36,735 bases of DNA from Nitrospirota bacterium (GCA_016214355.1 JACROO010000119.1:1-36735); one strand, 5' to 3'; positions 7,837-17,090 are shown, counted from the stretch's first letter. Notes: a model not told the origin generated them from the sequence alone. Numbers and translations are program-made.

Positions 7837-7922
7837 AGGAGATGCGTAAAGAATTACAGGCTCAAGTTTCAGCTGGAAAAGGCGGGGCAAGAACATTTGT
7901 ATCTTTTAAGAATCCGCAATGA
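7695..7922 (+). CDS. head-to-tail joining protein, lambda gpW-like
   Basis: NNAIAARLSGGAVAAYSINGRNIQYIPLSELKEMRKELQAQV...GGARTFVSF parallels lambda gpW (...[38 protein letters not shown]...GPAGFYV). The stop overlaps the portal ATG (ATGA 7919-7922), as in the lambda W-B order. GTG 7695 has no SD, so the true N terminus is uncertain. Confidence 0.7.
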   Translation: MVFYSCSGRCRNYKTVNNAIAARLSGGAVAAYSINGRNIQYIPLSELKEMRKELQAQVSAGKGGARTFVSFKNPQ

Positions 7923-9520
7923 AAAATAAAGACACTAACAAAATTACTTTTTCGGAACGCCTCGACAGCTTGATCGGTTTTTTCTCGCCAAGATTATCTT
8001 TGCAGCGAAAACTCTACCGTCTGGCCTTAAGGCAGTTCTCAAGCTACCGCGGAGCAGACAGATCCCGTCTGCGCGATTCATGGATCCCGGGAAGAGGATC
8101 TGCTGATTCGGATTTATTATTTGAGCTTCCGACTTTGCGCGAAAGAAGCCGTGACCTAAACCGCAACGACGCGCACGCATCCGGGATTACTTCAACTATT
8201 GTTACTAATGTTATCGGCACAGGCATTAGGCCTCAAAGCCGTATTGACCGAGACGGTTTAAATATTACTGAAGAAGCAGCAGATCTCTTTCAGAAAAAAG
8301 CAGAACGCGCCTGGCAGAAATGGATTCCTTTTGCGGATGCCGGAGAGCGTATGGATTTCTACGAAATCCAGCAGTTAGTTGAGCGGCAGATTCTAGAAAA
8401 CGGCGAAGTTTTAATTATTCCTCTGATGGTCGATACTCCCAGCAGACCTTACATGCTCGCTCTAGAAATTGTCGAGGCAGACAGATTAGCCACACCTTAC
8501 GATTTAATGCAAAACAAAAATATAAGAAGCGGTGTTGAGATTGGAGAGCGCGGCGAGCCGGTTGCTTATTACATTAGGAAGTCTCATCCCGGAGATGTCT
8601 ATTTTAACTACAGGGCGCTTGATTCTAGTTACTACATCCGCTATCCGGCTAAGAATGAATTAGGTAGACCGAATGTCCTGCATCTTTACTGGCTGAAACG
8701 CCCGGGTCAGACCCGAGGCGAGCCGTTCTTTGCGCCAATCTTAACTTACTTTAAAGATTTGTCAGATTATATGGAAGCTGAACTTGTGGCAGCGCGCGTG
8801 GCTGCCTGTTTTGCTGCCTTTGTAAAAAAGACAGACCCGATAAATGCTGCTTTTGGCAGGGCAGATTCAACTAATGCTGCAAATCAGAAGATAGAAGCCT
8901 TGGAGCCGGGAATGATTGAATACTTGGCACCAGGGGAAGAGATTTCGCAGTTGAGTCCGAACCGTCCTGGAGGAACGTTTGAGCCGTTTGTAGAGAGGAT
9001 CCTTAGGGCAATATCTGCAGGCCTGAATCTTCCTTATGAAGTGGTGGCAAAAGATTTCAGCAAATCCAGTTATTCCAGCGCCCGGGCTGCGCTCTTAGAA
9101 GCACGCAGGTTCTTTAAAGCGCGTCAGGAATGGCTGTCAAAAAGATTATGCCAGCCGGTATACGAGATGTTCTTGGAAGAAGCGTATTTATTAGGGGAGC
9201 TGCCGATACAAAACTTTTATGATAACCGGCTTGACTTAACCCGTGCCCGCTGGATTGCTCCCGGCTGGGGCTGGGTGGATCCCACAAAAGAAGTTGAGGC
9301 CTCTCGCAGTTCAGTAGACGGCAATCTTTCCACTTTGGCTGATGAGTGTGCAGCACTCGGCAAAGACTGGGAAGAGGTCATGGAGCAGAAGGCGCGCGAG
9401 GAAAAGAAGCGCAAAGAATTGGGTTTAGAAGACAAGCCGTTAGTTAAGAAAACCGATCCAAATAAGGAGAAAGACGAAAGTGGCAAAACCGTTCAAGAAG
9501 AAGCAGGGGTTAAGCAATAA
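7919..9520 (+). CDS. portal protein, lambda gpB family
   Basis: 533 aa, as I recall also the length of lambda gpB. Blocks recalled from gpB: DSWIPGRGSADSDLL...RERSRDLNRNDAHASG; GQTRGEPFFAPIL; SYSSARAALLEARRFFKARQEWLSKRLCQPVYEMFLEEA; WIAPGWGWVDPTKEVEA. Confidence 0.9.
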   Translation: MKNKDTNKITFSERLDSLIGFFSPRLSLQRKLYRLALRQFSSYRGADRSRLRDSWIPGRGSADSDLLFELPTLRERSRDLNRNDAHASGITSTIVTNVIGTGIRPQSRIDRDGLNITEEAADLFQKKAERAWQKWIPFADAGERMDFYEIQQLVERQILENGEVLIIPLMVDTPSRPYMLALEIVEADRLATPYDLMQNKNIRSGVEIGERGEPVAYYIRKSHPGDVYFNYRALDSSYYIRYPAKNELGRPNVLHLYWLKRPGQTRGEPFFAPILTYFKDLSDYMEAELVAARVAACFAAFVKKTDPINAAFGRADSTNAANQKIEALEPGMIEYLAPGEEISQLSPNRPGGTFEPFVERILRAISAGLNLPYEVVAKDFSKSSYSSARAALLEARRFFKARQEWLSKRLCQPVYEMFLEEAYLLGELPIQNFYDNRLDLTRARWIAPGWGWVDPTKEVEASRSSVDGNLSTLADECAALGKDWEEVMEQKAREEKKRKELGLEDKPLVKKTDPNKEKDESGKTVQEEAGVKQ

Positions 9521-9650
9521 GGAAGAGGGTCTTAAGAATAAACGCTGCCTGATTCTTACTTCAAATGATTTTCCGATTAAGGTTACAGTCGTGCCAAAGG
9601 GCATGTTAGTTAAGCCTCAAGAGTTAATTATTGATATACAGCAAAAATAA
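9480..9650 (+). CDS. possible small ORF (56 aa) filling the portal-protease gap
   Basis: GTG 9480 lies 10 nt after AAGGAG (9464-69). Product is MAKPFKKKQGLSNKEEGLKNKRCLILTSNDFPIKVTVVPKGMLVKPQELIIDIQQK. It is below the ORF-track cutoff. The gap is otherwise unexplained in a tightly packed operon. Confidence 0.3.
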   Translation: MAKPFKKKQGLSNKEEGLKNKRCLILTSNDFPIKVTVVPKGMLVKPQELIIDIQQK

Positions 9651-9665
9651 GAAAAGTAGCGTTGT

Positions 9666-10754
9666 ATGCAGGATGCATTAAAACATAAAAACACTTTTCG
9701 GGCAGATGTAGCAAGAGGCATCCGTGACGGTAAAGGCGGCATTGATAAGAAAACCGGCATCATCTATGGTTTTGCAGTGATCACCAAGGGCGAAGCGCGC
9801 GGCCACGGCTTGGAGATTGACGAGACTACTTTGGATCAGGCAGTTGAGCTGGGAGCAAAGTCAAGTATCGGCCTAAAATCACGTTTCGGTCATCCCAATA
9901 TGAGCAATTCTGCAGTCGGCACATTCTTAGGCAGGGCAAAGAATTTCAGAAAAGAAATCGGAGTAGTGCGCGCCGACCTTTATTTTGACAAGACTGCCTA
10001 CAATACTCCAAACGGAGATTTAGCAGGCTATGTTTTGGATTTAGCCGAAAGCGACCCCGATGCCTTCGGCTCATCCATCGTCTTTGACGGAGAGCCCGAA
10101 TACCGGCTCAATGAAGACGGCACGCGCAAAAAGGATCCGGCTACCGGCAAGGATCTTTTGCCTTTAGCGCGTATTACAAAGCTATGGGCAGTAGATGTGG
10201 TGGATGACCCTGCAGCCAACAACGGAATGTTCGGCGCATTCTTTTCTGAGACGGTTAAGCCTTCGGCTGAGATGACTGTCTTTTTAGATAAATTTTTATC
10301 AAATCCGGAAGCAGTAGAAAAGACAATTGCGTTTTTAGAGCGTTATTCACTAACCAAGGAGGAGGTGACAAAAATGGAATTAAAGGATTTGACTTTGGAA
10401 ATACTTAAAAAAGAAAGGTCTGACCTTACAGCCGGTTTAAGCGGCGAAGGGTTAAATCAGGAAAGAGAGCGCATTATCAGCCTCTTAGATACTGCCAAGG
10501 CCTTCCCGGGAACAGAGGCGCTTGTTTATGAGGCAGCAAAAAACGGCGATACCTCGGCAGTTCTCTTAGAAAAACTAAAGCAGGTGCGCTTGGGGGATTT
10601 AAAGACAAAATCCCCGGCTTCAGCAGGACCGGGGCAGGATCCGGCTCAAGGCGCAGCTAAGACTCACCTTGAAAGGGCAAGGGAATATCAGAAGCAGTTC
10701 GGTGGCACAATCACCGAGGCATTAAGGGTAACCGCAGAAAAAAGGAAACAGTAA
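9666..10754 (+). CDS. prohead protease (HK97/S78-like) with C-terminal scaffold-like coiled coil
   Basis: Sits between portal and capsid genes. Has RFGHPNMSNSAVGTFLG and AFGSSIVFDGE blocks resembling the His and Ser regions of prohead serine proteases. C-terminal charged helices follow (LKDLTLEILKKERSDL...ERERIISLLD). Confidence 0.6.
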   Translation: MQDALKHKNTFRADVARGIRDGKGGIDKKTGIIYGFAVITKGEARGHGLEIDETTLDQAVELGAKSSIGLKSRFGHPNMSNSAVGTFLGRAKNFRKEIGVVRADLYFDKTAYNTPNGDLAGYVLDLAESDPDAFGSSIVFDGEPEYRLNEDGTRKKDPATGKDLLPLARITKLWAVDVVDDPAANNGMFGAFFSETVKPSAEMTVFLDKFLSNPEAVEKTIAFLERYSLTKEEVTKMELKDLTLEILKKERSDLTAGLSGEGLNQERERIISLLDTAKAFPGTEALVYEAAKNGDTSAVLLEKLKQVRLGDLKTKSPASAGPGQDPAQGAAKTHLERAREYQKQFGGTITEALRVTAEKRKQ

Positions 10755-10772
10755 CCATAAGGAGGGCTAATC

Positions 10773-11126
10773 ATGTCACAGTTTAATATCGGCTCAAAGG
10801 CTTTTATCGCAGGGGAAAACCTTGAGGCATTCCGCAGGGTAAAGCTTTCCGCTGGAAGTGGAACACAAGTTGAATATGCAGATGCAGGCGAGGCCTTTAT
10901 CGGCTTTACCGCGGCCAAGGCTCTATCCGGTGAAATGGTATCAGTGGATTTAAAGACCAGCGGCAGAACATTTAAAGTCGTGGCAGCCGGTGCCATAACC
11001 GTAGGAGGGAGTTTCTACGGAGCAGTTGACGGAAAGGTGAGTGCTACTGTAAGCGGCTCAATTCAGGGCGTGGTGCTTGAGGCCTCGGCTTCAGACGGCG
11101 AAATCGTAGAAGGGTTGTTATCGTAA
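10773..11126 (+). CDS. head decoration/cement protein, DUF2190-like
   Basis: 117 aa, Gly/Ala/Val-rich beta protein (FIAGENLEAFRRVKLS...GEMVSVDLKTSGRTFKVVAAGAI..G..FYGAVDGKV), directly upstream of the major capsid gene. SD AAGGAGG. Confidence 0.65.
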   Translation: MSQFNIGSKAFIAGENLEAFRRVKLSAGSGTQVEYADAGEAFIGFTAAKALSGEMVSVDLKTSGRTFKVVAAGAITVGGSFYGAVDGKVSATVSGSIQGVVLEASASDGEIVEGLLS

Positions 11127-11158
11127 ATTAACTATTTTTAATAACAGGAGGAAATCAA

Positions 11159-12118
11159 ATGGGAGTTGAATATCAGGGTACTAGGGCAGTTCCGCGCTTA
11201 GAACTGGGAGTAGCAGCTTTGGAATTTATCCAGCAGCAGGACGAGTTTATCGGCACGCGGGTTTTGCCGATATTCCAGACTAAGAAGAAAGCCTCGATTT
11301 TTCCGGCAATCACTAGGGAAAGCATTACCCGCGATGCAGATACCAAACGCGCGCCCCGCGGCAATTACAACCGGGACGGTTTTCAGGCAAAGGATAAGCA
11401 GTATAACTGCGAGGAGTATGGTCTTGAGGGTCCTTTAGATGACGGCGAGCGCAATATGTATGCCTCGGATTTTGATGCAGAGCTCACCACCGTGCAGATT
11501 GTCACGCGCCGTGTCCTGCAGGCGCAGGAAAAGCGTATTGTGGCGCAGGTTTTTAACACTGGTGTTTTTACGGGAGCTGCGCTTTTTACCGATAATTCAG
11601 CCGCGCCTTGGGATAACGCAGCAACAGATGTTGTAGCACAGGTGCGCGCTGCCAGAGAGAAGGTGCGCTCAAATTCCGGCATTGACCCTCAGAACTTGAT
11701 CTGCAGCAAGGCAAACATTGACCGGCTGCTCTTAAATACCGGCATCAAAGATGCAATTAAGTACGTGGCCCGTCTTACCGAGGCAGAAATCTTAAATGCC
11801 CTGGCAGACATCTTGGGTGTCAAGAATATCATCGTCGGCAAGGCTATTTACAACAGCGCAAAAGAAGGCAAGACCTTTATCAGCGCTGATGTTTGGAGCG
11901 ATGACTTTGCCATGGTGGCAGTGATTGGAGCCAGCGAGCGGCTTTCGGATCCGAGCATGGGCAGGACTTTCCTCTGGACTCAGGATTCTCCTGAGAATGC
12001 CACGGTTGAGCAGTACCGTGACGATGCGGCAAGAAGCGATATCTTCCGGGTCAGGCAGCACGTGGATGAGATTGTCATTGATCCTTATTTTGCGCATCTA
12101 ATGAAGGTCGATGCTTAA
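11159..12118 (+). CDS. major capsid protein (HK97-fold class inferred)
   Basis: 319 aa with strong SD (CAGGAGG). It follows the protease and decoration genes and is followed by a strong hairpin, the usual layout for a highly expressed capsid gene. Confidence 0.8.
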   Translation: MGVEYQGTRAVPRLELGVAALEFIQQQDEFIGTRVLPIFQTKKKASIFPAITRESITRDADTKRAPRGNYNRDGFQAKDKQYNCEEYGLEGPLDDGERNMYASDFDAELTTVQIVTRRVLQAQEKRIVAQVFNTGVFTGAALFTDNSAAPWDNAATDVVAQVRAAREKVRSNSGIDPQNLICSKANIDRLLLNTGIKDAIKYVARLTEAEILNALADILGVKNIIVGKAIYNSAKEGKTFISADVWSDDFAMVAVIGASERLSDPSMGRTFLWTQDSPENATVEQYRDDAARSDIFRVRQHVDEIVIDPYFAHLMKVDA

Positions 12119-12142
12119 AAGTAGTTTTTAAGCAGACATAAA

Positions 12143-12174
12143 ATCAGGGAGGCCCTTTAAAAGGCCTCCCTGAT
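12143..12174 (+). terminator. strong hairpin after the capsid gene (partial terminator or mRNA stabiliser)
   Basis: ATCAGGGAGGCC (12143-54) pairs perfectly with GGCCTCCCTGAT (12163-74). There is no long T-run downstream, so it is probably leaky. Confidence 0.6.
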
Positions 12175-12191
12175 ATAAAAGAGGACTAATC

Positions 12192-12536
12192 ATGACCTTC
12201 AAGAGCCAGCTAAAGGGAGATGCTCTTAACTGTCTCCTCAATACAAATGAATTTGCCGAAAACATCACTTATATTCCCGCCGGAGGCTCTAGCCGGCTTA
12301 TCAAGGCCCTTGTTAACCGGGGGCAGATCAAGCCAAGCAGGGAAGACAGCCTGCGCACCCTCCAAAATCAGGCAGAGCTTTTTGTTTTAAACGACGAAGC
12401 TTCCGGAATATCCTTAATCAGTAAAAAAGACGACAAGATTATTTTAATTGACATTGAAGGCGACACCAAAGAATGCCGTATTGCTGAGGTTTTAAATAAA
12501 GACGATGCTCTCTGGCATTTGCTGGCGGAGTGGTAA
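12192..12536 (+). CDS. head-tail connector/adaptor protein (by position)
   Basis: 114-aa ORF, first gene after the capsid hairpin, SD AAGAGG. Assigned by synteny only. Confidence 0.45.
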   Translation: MTFKSQLKGDALNCLLNTNEFAENITYIPAGGSSRLIKALVNRGQIKPSREDSLRTLQNQAELFVLNDEASGISLISKKDDKIILIDIEGDTKECRIAEVLNKDDALWHLLAEW

Positions 12537-12538
12537 TA

Positions 12539-13153
12539 ATGAGCGATTTTATAGACGTAAAAATTGATAAGGAAAAATTAGACCGGGCAATAAGGATTAT
12601 CCCGCAGGCATTAAAGTTTGAACTTGGGGATGCCTTTGATCATGTCGGAAGGAGTTTCCTTGGCGCCTTTAGAAAAGAAAGGCTTCAGGGCCCGCCGGGA
12701 GTTTACGGAGACGGTCAATACGGCCTTTACGGGACATTCAGAAGGGCAAGTTTGGTATCGAAGACAATTGAGGGGATGGGGCTGGAGATATTTTCGGAGT
12801 CAAAGGTTTCCAAAAGGCATGAGTTCGGAGAGAGAGTCTTGCCGGCTCAATCAGCTTTGGCTGTGCCGATAAAGGCGTTTAGCTTTAATCAAGCAGAGAT
12901 GTATACCGCAGGCCACCGCTTAAAGAAAAAATATAAATATCCTGCAGAACTCAAGAAAACCTTTGTGATTACTTCAAGAGGGAAATCGTATTTAGTGAAA
13001 TGGATCACCGGCAGACTTAGATTTTTATACGTGTTTAAGCCTTACGTAGATGTCCGGGCGCGTTTGGAGTTTTATCATACTTGGGATGAGATGCAGGGTA
13101 AGATTTTTACTTACATTAATCAGGCAGTGGATAAGGCTTTGGCCAAGGTTTAA
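12539..13153 (+). CDS. head-closure/tail-completion type protein (by position)
   Basis: ATG 12539 lies 2 nt after the upstream stop (the track's GTG 12530 would overlap it). 204 aa. Assigned by synteny only. Confidence 0.45.
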   Translation: MSDFIDVKIDKEKLDRAIRIIPQALKFELGDAFDHVGRSFLGAFRKERLQGPPGVYGDGQYGLYGTFRRASLVSKTIEGMGLEIFSESKVSKRHEFGERVLPAQSALAVPIKAFSFNQAEMYTAGHRLKKKYKYPAELKKTFVITSRGKSYLVKWITGRLRFLYVFKPYVDVRARLEFYHTWDEMQGKIFTYINQAVDKALAKV

Positions 13154-13155
13154 AT

Positions 13156-13620
13156 ATGGAAACCATCCGGGAAAGAATTTTAGCTAATATTAAAACCACC
13201 CTGGAGGGAATTACTCAAGGCAATGGCTATAACTTTGATTTCGCGTCTCAAACCGTGCAGCGCTGGTCAATGCACGGGAACACCCCTGTAGATATCCCGA
13301 TGATTATCATAACACCAGGCGATGAGTTGGAAGAGCCGTCAGTGCATCCGTTTTCAGAATGCACTTTGAGTATTTTTTTAAGCGTCTTTTATATCAATGA
13401 CAAAAATGATGCTGTACCGACGGATACCTACTTAAACCGCCTGCAGGGAGATATAAAAAAAGTAGTGCTGCTTGATCACACAAGAGGAGGCGAGGCTATA
13501 GATACGGATATTGTTTCCACGTCCCCTTTTGTCACCACAGAAGGCCAGCACTATGCAGGTTTAGTTATAGAGTTAAAAGTCAAATACCGGCATTTAAGGA
13601 ATGACCCGACAAGGAGGTAA
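13156..13620 (+). CDS. tail terminator/tail-completion type protein (by position)
   Basis: 154-aa ORF 2 nt after the previous stop and immediately upstream of the major tail gene. Confidence 0.45.
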   Translation: METIRERILANIKTTLEGITQGNGYNFDFASQTVQRWSMHGNTPVDIPMIIITPGDELEEPSVHPFSECTLSIFLSVFYINDKNDAVPTDTYLNRLQGDIKKVVLLDHTRGGEAIDTDIVSTSPFVTTEGQHYAGLVIELKVKYRHLRNDPTRR

Positions 13621-13625
13621 TAAAT

Positions 13626-14777
13626 ATGAGTAAGTTATCGAGGATTAGGCAGTTGGTGGCAAGACCCGAGGTGCAGGAAGGCGTGGCAGAGAGTTTAAAT
13701 TCTGCCGATGCAGGATTCTTAGTTGACTATATCCCCAAGGTAAGTTTTGAGCCGGAGATGTACCAGCGGGATCCGGTAAGGGAATCTTTGACTAAAATCG
13801 GCAAGATCAGCGGCAAGCGTATTGCCGGGTTTGATTTCAACATGAAATTAAGAGGTTCGGGCTCAATTTCAACGATGCTTAAAGAAGCCCCTTTGATTAA
13901 AGCCTGCGGCCACGAAATCAATGTTTTAAAGAAGATCTCAATCGGTGCGGTATCAGGCGGGCCTTTTAAGCACGGCGAGACAATTACCGGAGGAACTTCT
14001 GAGGCGCAAGGCAGAGTAGTTGTTGATACTCCTAACGGCATAACTACTCTTTATTACGTTGCAATAAGCGGAGTAATTGAGAATAGCGAAACCATCACCG
14101 GGCAGATTTCCGGCGCAAGCGCGCAGACTGCATCAGTCGTTTCCAATGCCGGCCATGAAATAAAGCCTGTCTCTAAAAATGCGCCTTCTTTAACCATGGC
14201 CTCTTATGAGGACGGAGTGAGAAAACTCTTAAGGGGCTGTCGCGGCTCTTTAAAGTTTAACCTTAAGCTGGGCTCGCCTATCGGTATGGATTTTAAGTTT
14301 ATGGGCGTTGATGCGGGGGTGATTGATGCTGCAATACTGGAAGGTGTTGACTATGGCACAACCGAAGAGCCGGTTGTTTTGGGAGCGAATTTTTCTATTG
14401 AGGGAGTTTCGCTTAATGTAGGTTCAATTGACATCGACATCGTCAATAAACTCTCTCCCAGAGACAAAATCGACGACCCCAGCGGCATTCTTTCTTACAT
14501 GATCACTGACCGCCAGCCTGCAGGCAATATGGATCCTGAGATGTGCTCTGTTGCCGAGCATGATTTTCACGGTAAGTGGTTAAATAACTCAAAGATGCCT
14601 TTTGATTTTTCCTACGGAACAGCCGACGGAAATAAGTTTCGCTTCTATGCTTCGGCAATTCAATACACGAAAGTCGAGGATGCGGATAAAGAAGGTATAC
14701 AAATCGCTCAGGTAGCCTTTGATTTAACCGGATCATTCGCGCCCGGAGACGATGAGTATTGTATCTTATGTCTTTAA
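13626..14777 (+). CDS. major tail (tube) protein
   Basis: 383-aa ORF directly upstream of the G/GT chaperone pair and tape measure. This is the conserved siphovirus order. Confidence 0.6.
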   Translation: MSKLSRIRQLVARPEVQEGVAESLNSADAGFLVDYIPKVSFEPEMYQRDPVRESLTKIGKISGKRIAGFDFNMKLRGSGSISTMLKEAPLIKACGHEINVLKKISIGAVSGGPFKHGETITGGTSEAQGRVVVDTPNGITTLYYVAISGVIENSETITGQISGASAQTASVVSNAGHEIKPVSKNAPSLTMASYEDGVRKLLRGCRGSLKFNLKLGSPIGMDFKFMGVDAGVIDAAILEGVDYGTTEEPVVLGANFSIEGVSLNVGSIDIDIVNKLSPRDKIDDPSGILSYMITDRQPAGNMDPEMCSVAEHDFHGKWLNNSKMPFDFSYGTADGNKFRFYASAIQYTKVEDADKEGIQIAQVAFDLTGSFAPGDDEYCILCL

Positions 14778-14801
14778 CTTTTAAACCAAAAGGAGGACTC
14801 T

Positions 14802-15227
14802 ATGTTTACAGGAATTGATATTAACTCAACCCGGAAATTTATCTCAAAGCTCGACCCTGACCAGAATAACCCGACGGTGTTTCATATCGGCATACTTGAT
14901 CCGGTCTTACGCGCAGAGGTTGACGATGAAAGCTCAACTTATGAGTTAAGTTCCCGCAACCCCAATGACAAAGCCAAGGTGCGACTTAACTGGAATAAGC
15001 GTCAGATTACCGCCATAAAGTTCGGGCTTAAAGGTTTGGAAAACTTTCTTGATCCGCAAACCAATAAGCCGGTTGATTTAAGTTTTGACACCATTCAATA
15101 TGCAGGCAAAATGCGCCAGGCTGTGCCTGACCGGATCATTGCCATGTTCTCCAATGAACTGCGTCAGGAACTGGCAGAAGCGGTCCTTAATGAGTCAAAG
15201 CTTTCGGAGGAAGAACGAAAAAACTGA
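14802..15227 (+). CDS. tail assembly chaperone (gpG analogue)
   Basis: 141 aa, SD AAGGAGG, located between the major tail and tape measure genes. Slippery heptamer A_AAA_AAC lies at 15218-15224, just before its TGA. Confidence 0.75.
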   Translation: MFTGIDINSTRKFISKLDPDQNNPTVFHIGILDPVLRAEVDDESSTYELSSRNPNDKAKVRLNWNKRQITAIKFGLKGLENFLDPQTNKPVDLSFDTIQYAGKMRQAVPDRIIAMFSNELRQELAEAVLNESKLSEEERKN

Positions 15228-15553
15228 TCCTGGCAGTTCACGTAAGCGAATTTACCGTGAATTGCCGCGGATGTCTGGAAGGGAAAAAGAAGCTTTGCGA
15301 ATTTGAGGTTTCGGGACAGGAAGCCTGGAAGTTTGAAGGCAAGGAATATAAAGGATGCCCTTTTGAGCAGGTTGCCAGTTTATCAGCAAATTTTTTAAGG
15401 GCATACAATTTTTATAAGAACGGGTTTCTGCCGAATGAAGGCAGTTGGCTTGAGCAGCCGGCAAAGTTTATTGAGGCAGTGGAAGTAATCGAAAACGAGC
15501 TTGCGGAAATAAAACAAGAGCAAGTCAGAAAGCAAAGGAATGCCTACAAATAG
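14802..15553 (+). CDS. tail assembly chaperone frameshift product (gpGT analogue; -1 shift at 15218-15224)
   Basis: The -1 frame is open from 15194 to 15553 and overlaps the end of G. After slippage the product reads ...EEERKK LILAVHVSEFTVNCRGCLEG.... The track's GTG 15257 ORF has no SD of its own. Confidence 0.65.
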
Positions 15554-17090
15554 GGAAGTTTCCATAATCATGCGGTTAAAAGACGAGGTGACAAAACAGC
15601 TTCAAGGCGTAGAAGCCGGCCTGCAAAAGTTTGCCAACTCAACCCATAAGCTGGGGCTTAATATGCGCCAGGTAGGCAGGGAGATTTCGCAGGTTGGTCA
15701 GACTTTAGCTTTTATGGGCGCAGCCATAACCGGCCCTTTGGCTTTGGCCTTTAAATCCTCGGAGAAATACTCGCTTTCCGTCTCAAACGAGCTTAAGCGT
15801 TTGGATAATGCCTTTATTGCTTTGCGCTTGAGCATCGCGGAGGCATTAGTACCGGTAGTCCACAACTTGGCCAACGTCTTTGGCAATTTATTAAATGCCT
15901 GGAATAGTATTCCTGCGGCAACCCAGCAGATGATTATTCAGGGAATAGCTATCACCGGTATTTTCTTAACCTTAGGCGGTGTTACTGTAGCACTAATCGG
16001 CCGCTTGGTGAGGGTAGGCGGGATAATCTTAGATTTAGTGAGCAAGTTTGCCTTGTTTGCACTGGCTAACCCATGGCTGGTAGGAATTATCGCGGTAGTT
16101 GCCGGTTTAATTATTATCTTTCTTAAGTTTAGAGATGTGGCTGTGCCGGTCCTTAATGCAGTTGAAATCGGCGCGGAGATGGTCTACATCGGTTTTGTAA
16201 AACTCATCAAATATCTATTGGTGGGGTTTGACCAGTTGTGTTTGGGCTTGCATAAATTCTACGAGCTTCTTGGCAAGATCCCGGGCAAACTAGGCGAGCC
16301 TTACAGAGAGGCTTCGGAAAATATCCAGAAATTCAGGGAGAACCTAGAGGGCCTGATCAAGGCTTCGGATACCGAGATAGACAAGGTAGGCAGTAAGATC
16401 TCGGATATTTTAGCCACCGGCGAGGGAAGCCTAGTTAAGGGTTATGACAAGGCGCGCGCTGCTATCGGCAACTTTATCAATTCGCTTAAAAATTTAGGCA
16501 AGGATGTAAAAATAAATGAGGTTGCGCAGTCGTTTGACGCCATAAAATCTATAGGTGAAGGTACAGCCAGATCTTTGGGGTCTAGTTTTAAGCATTTCTT
16601 TAGCGATGCCTTCCGCGGCCAGATTGATGATGCCAAAGACTATTTTGCTGAATTCGGCAACATGATGCTGGATGTCTTGGCTGAGGTTTTGGCAAAAATA
16701 CTTTTGATTAAAACTATAGGTGCAGTATTCCCGGGGATGATTTCGTTTTTCCACCAGGGCGGTATGGTTTATCACTCAGGGGGTCTGATTAGGCCTATAT
16801 ATGCGCATCAGGGTTTTTTGCTTGATGAGGTGCCGATAATTGCCCAGTCCGGAGAAGGCGTTGTTTCCCGCAGGGGCATGTCAGCCTTAGGCGTAAATAA
16901 TCTGCGGAAGCTTAACCGCGGAGAAAGTGTCGGCGAGGGCAGCCAAATCTTTAATGTTTACATTAATGCCAACGACGCGAAATCTTTCCGGGACATGCTG
17001 GTGCAGCATCCGGATATCTTTGAGAATGCAATTATCGATGCCTTAAACAAGAATAAACCTATAAGAAGCGCAATCCGCAACCGTATATGA
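15540..17090 (+). CDS. tape measure protein
   Basis: 516 aa. Helical N terminus, internal hydrophobic block (IIQGIAITGIFLTLGGVTVALIG...LVGIIAVVAGLIIIFL). Follows G/GT. Confidence 0.8.
   Translation: MPTNREVSIIMRLKDEVTKQLQGVEAGLQKFANSTHKLGLNMRQVGREISQVGQTLAFMGAAITGPLALAFKSSEKYSLSVSNELKRLDNAFIALRLSIAEALVPVVHNLANVFGNLLNAWNSIPAATQQMIIQGIAITGIFLTLGGVTVALIGRLVRVGGIILDLVSKFALFALANPWLVGIIAVVAGLIIIFLKFRDVAVPVLNAVEIGAEMVYIGFVKLIKYLLVGFDQLCLGLHKFYELLGKIPGKLGEPYREASENIQKFRENLEGLIKASDTEIDKVGSKISDILATGEGSLVKGYDKARAAIGNFINSLKNLGKDVKINEVAQSFDAIKSIGEGTARSLGSSFKHFFSDAFRGQIDDAKDYFAEFGNMMLDVLAEVLAKILLIKTIGAVFPGMISFFHQGGMVYHSGGLIRPIYAHQGFLLDEVPIIAQSGEGVVSRRGMSALGVNNLRKLNRGESVGEGSQIFNVYINANDAKSFRDMLVQHPDIFENAIIDALNKNKPIRSAIRNRI

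Noticed and set aside
15085-15553. The track ORFs 15085-15306 and 15257-15553 could be independent genes.
   Set aside because: 15257-15553 is the -1 frame continuation of the chaperone gene, reached via A_AAA_AAC, and has no SD. 15085-15306 is the +1 frame nested in the same region with junk-like, Cys/Arg/Ser-rich sequence.
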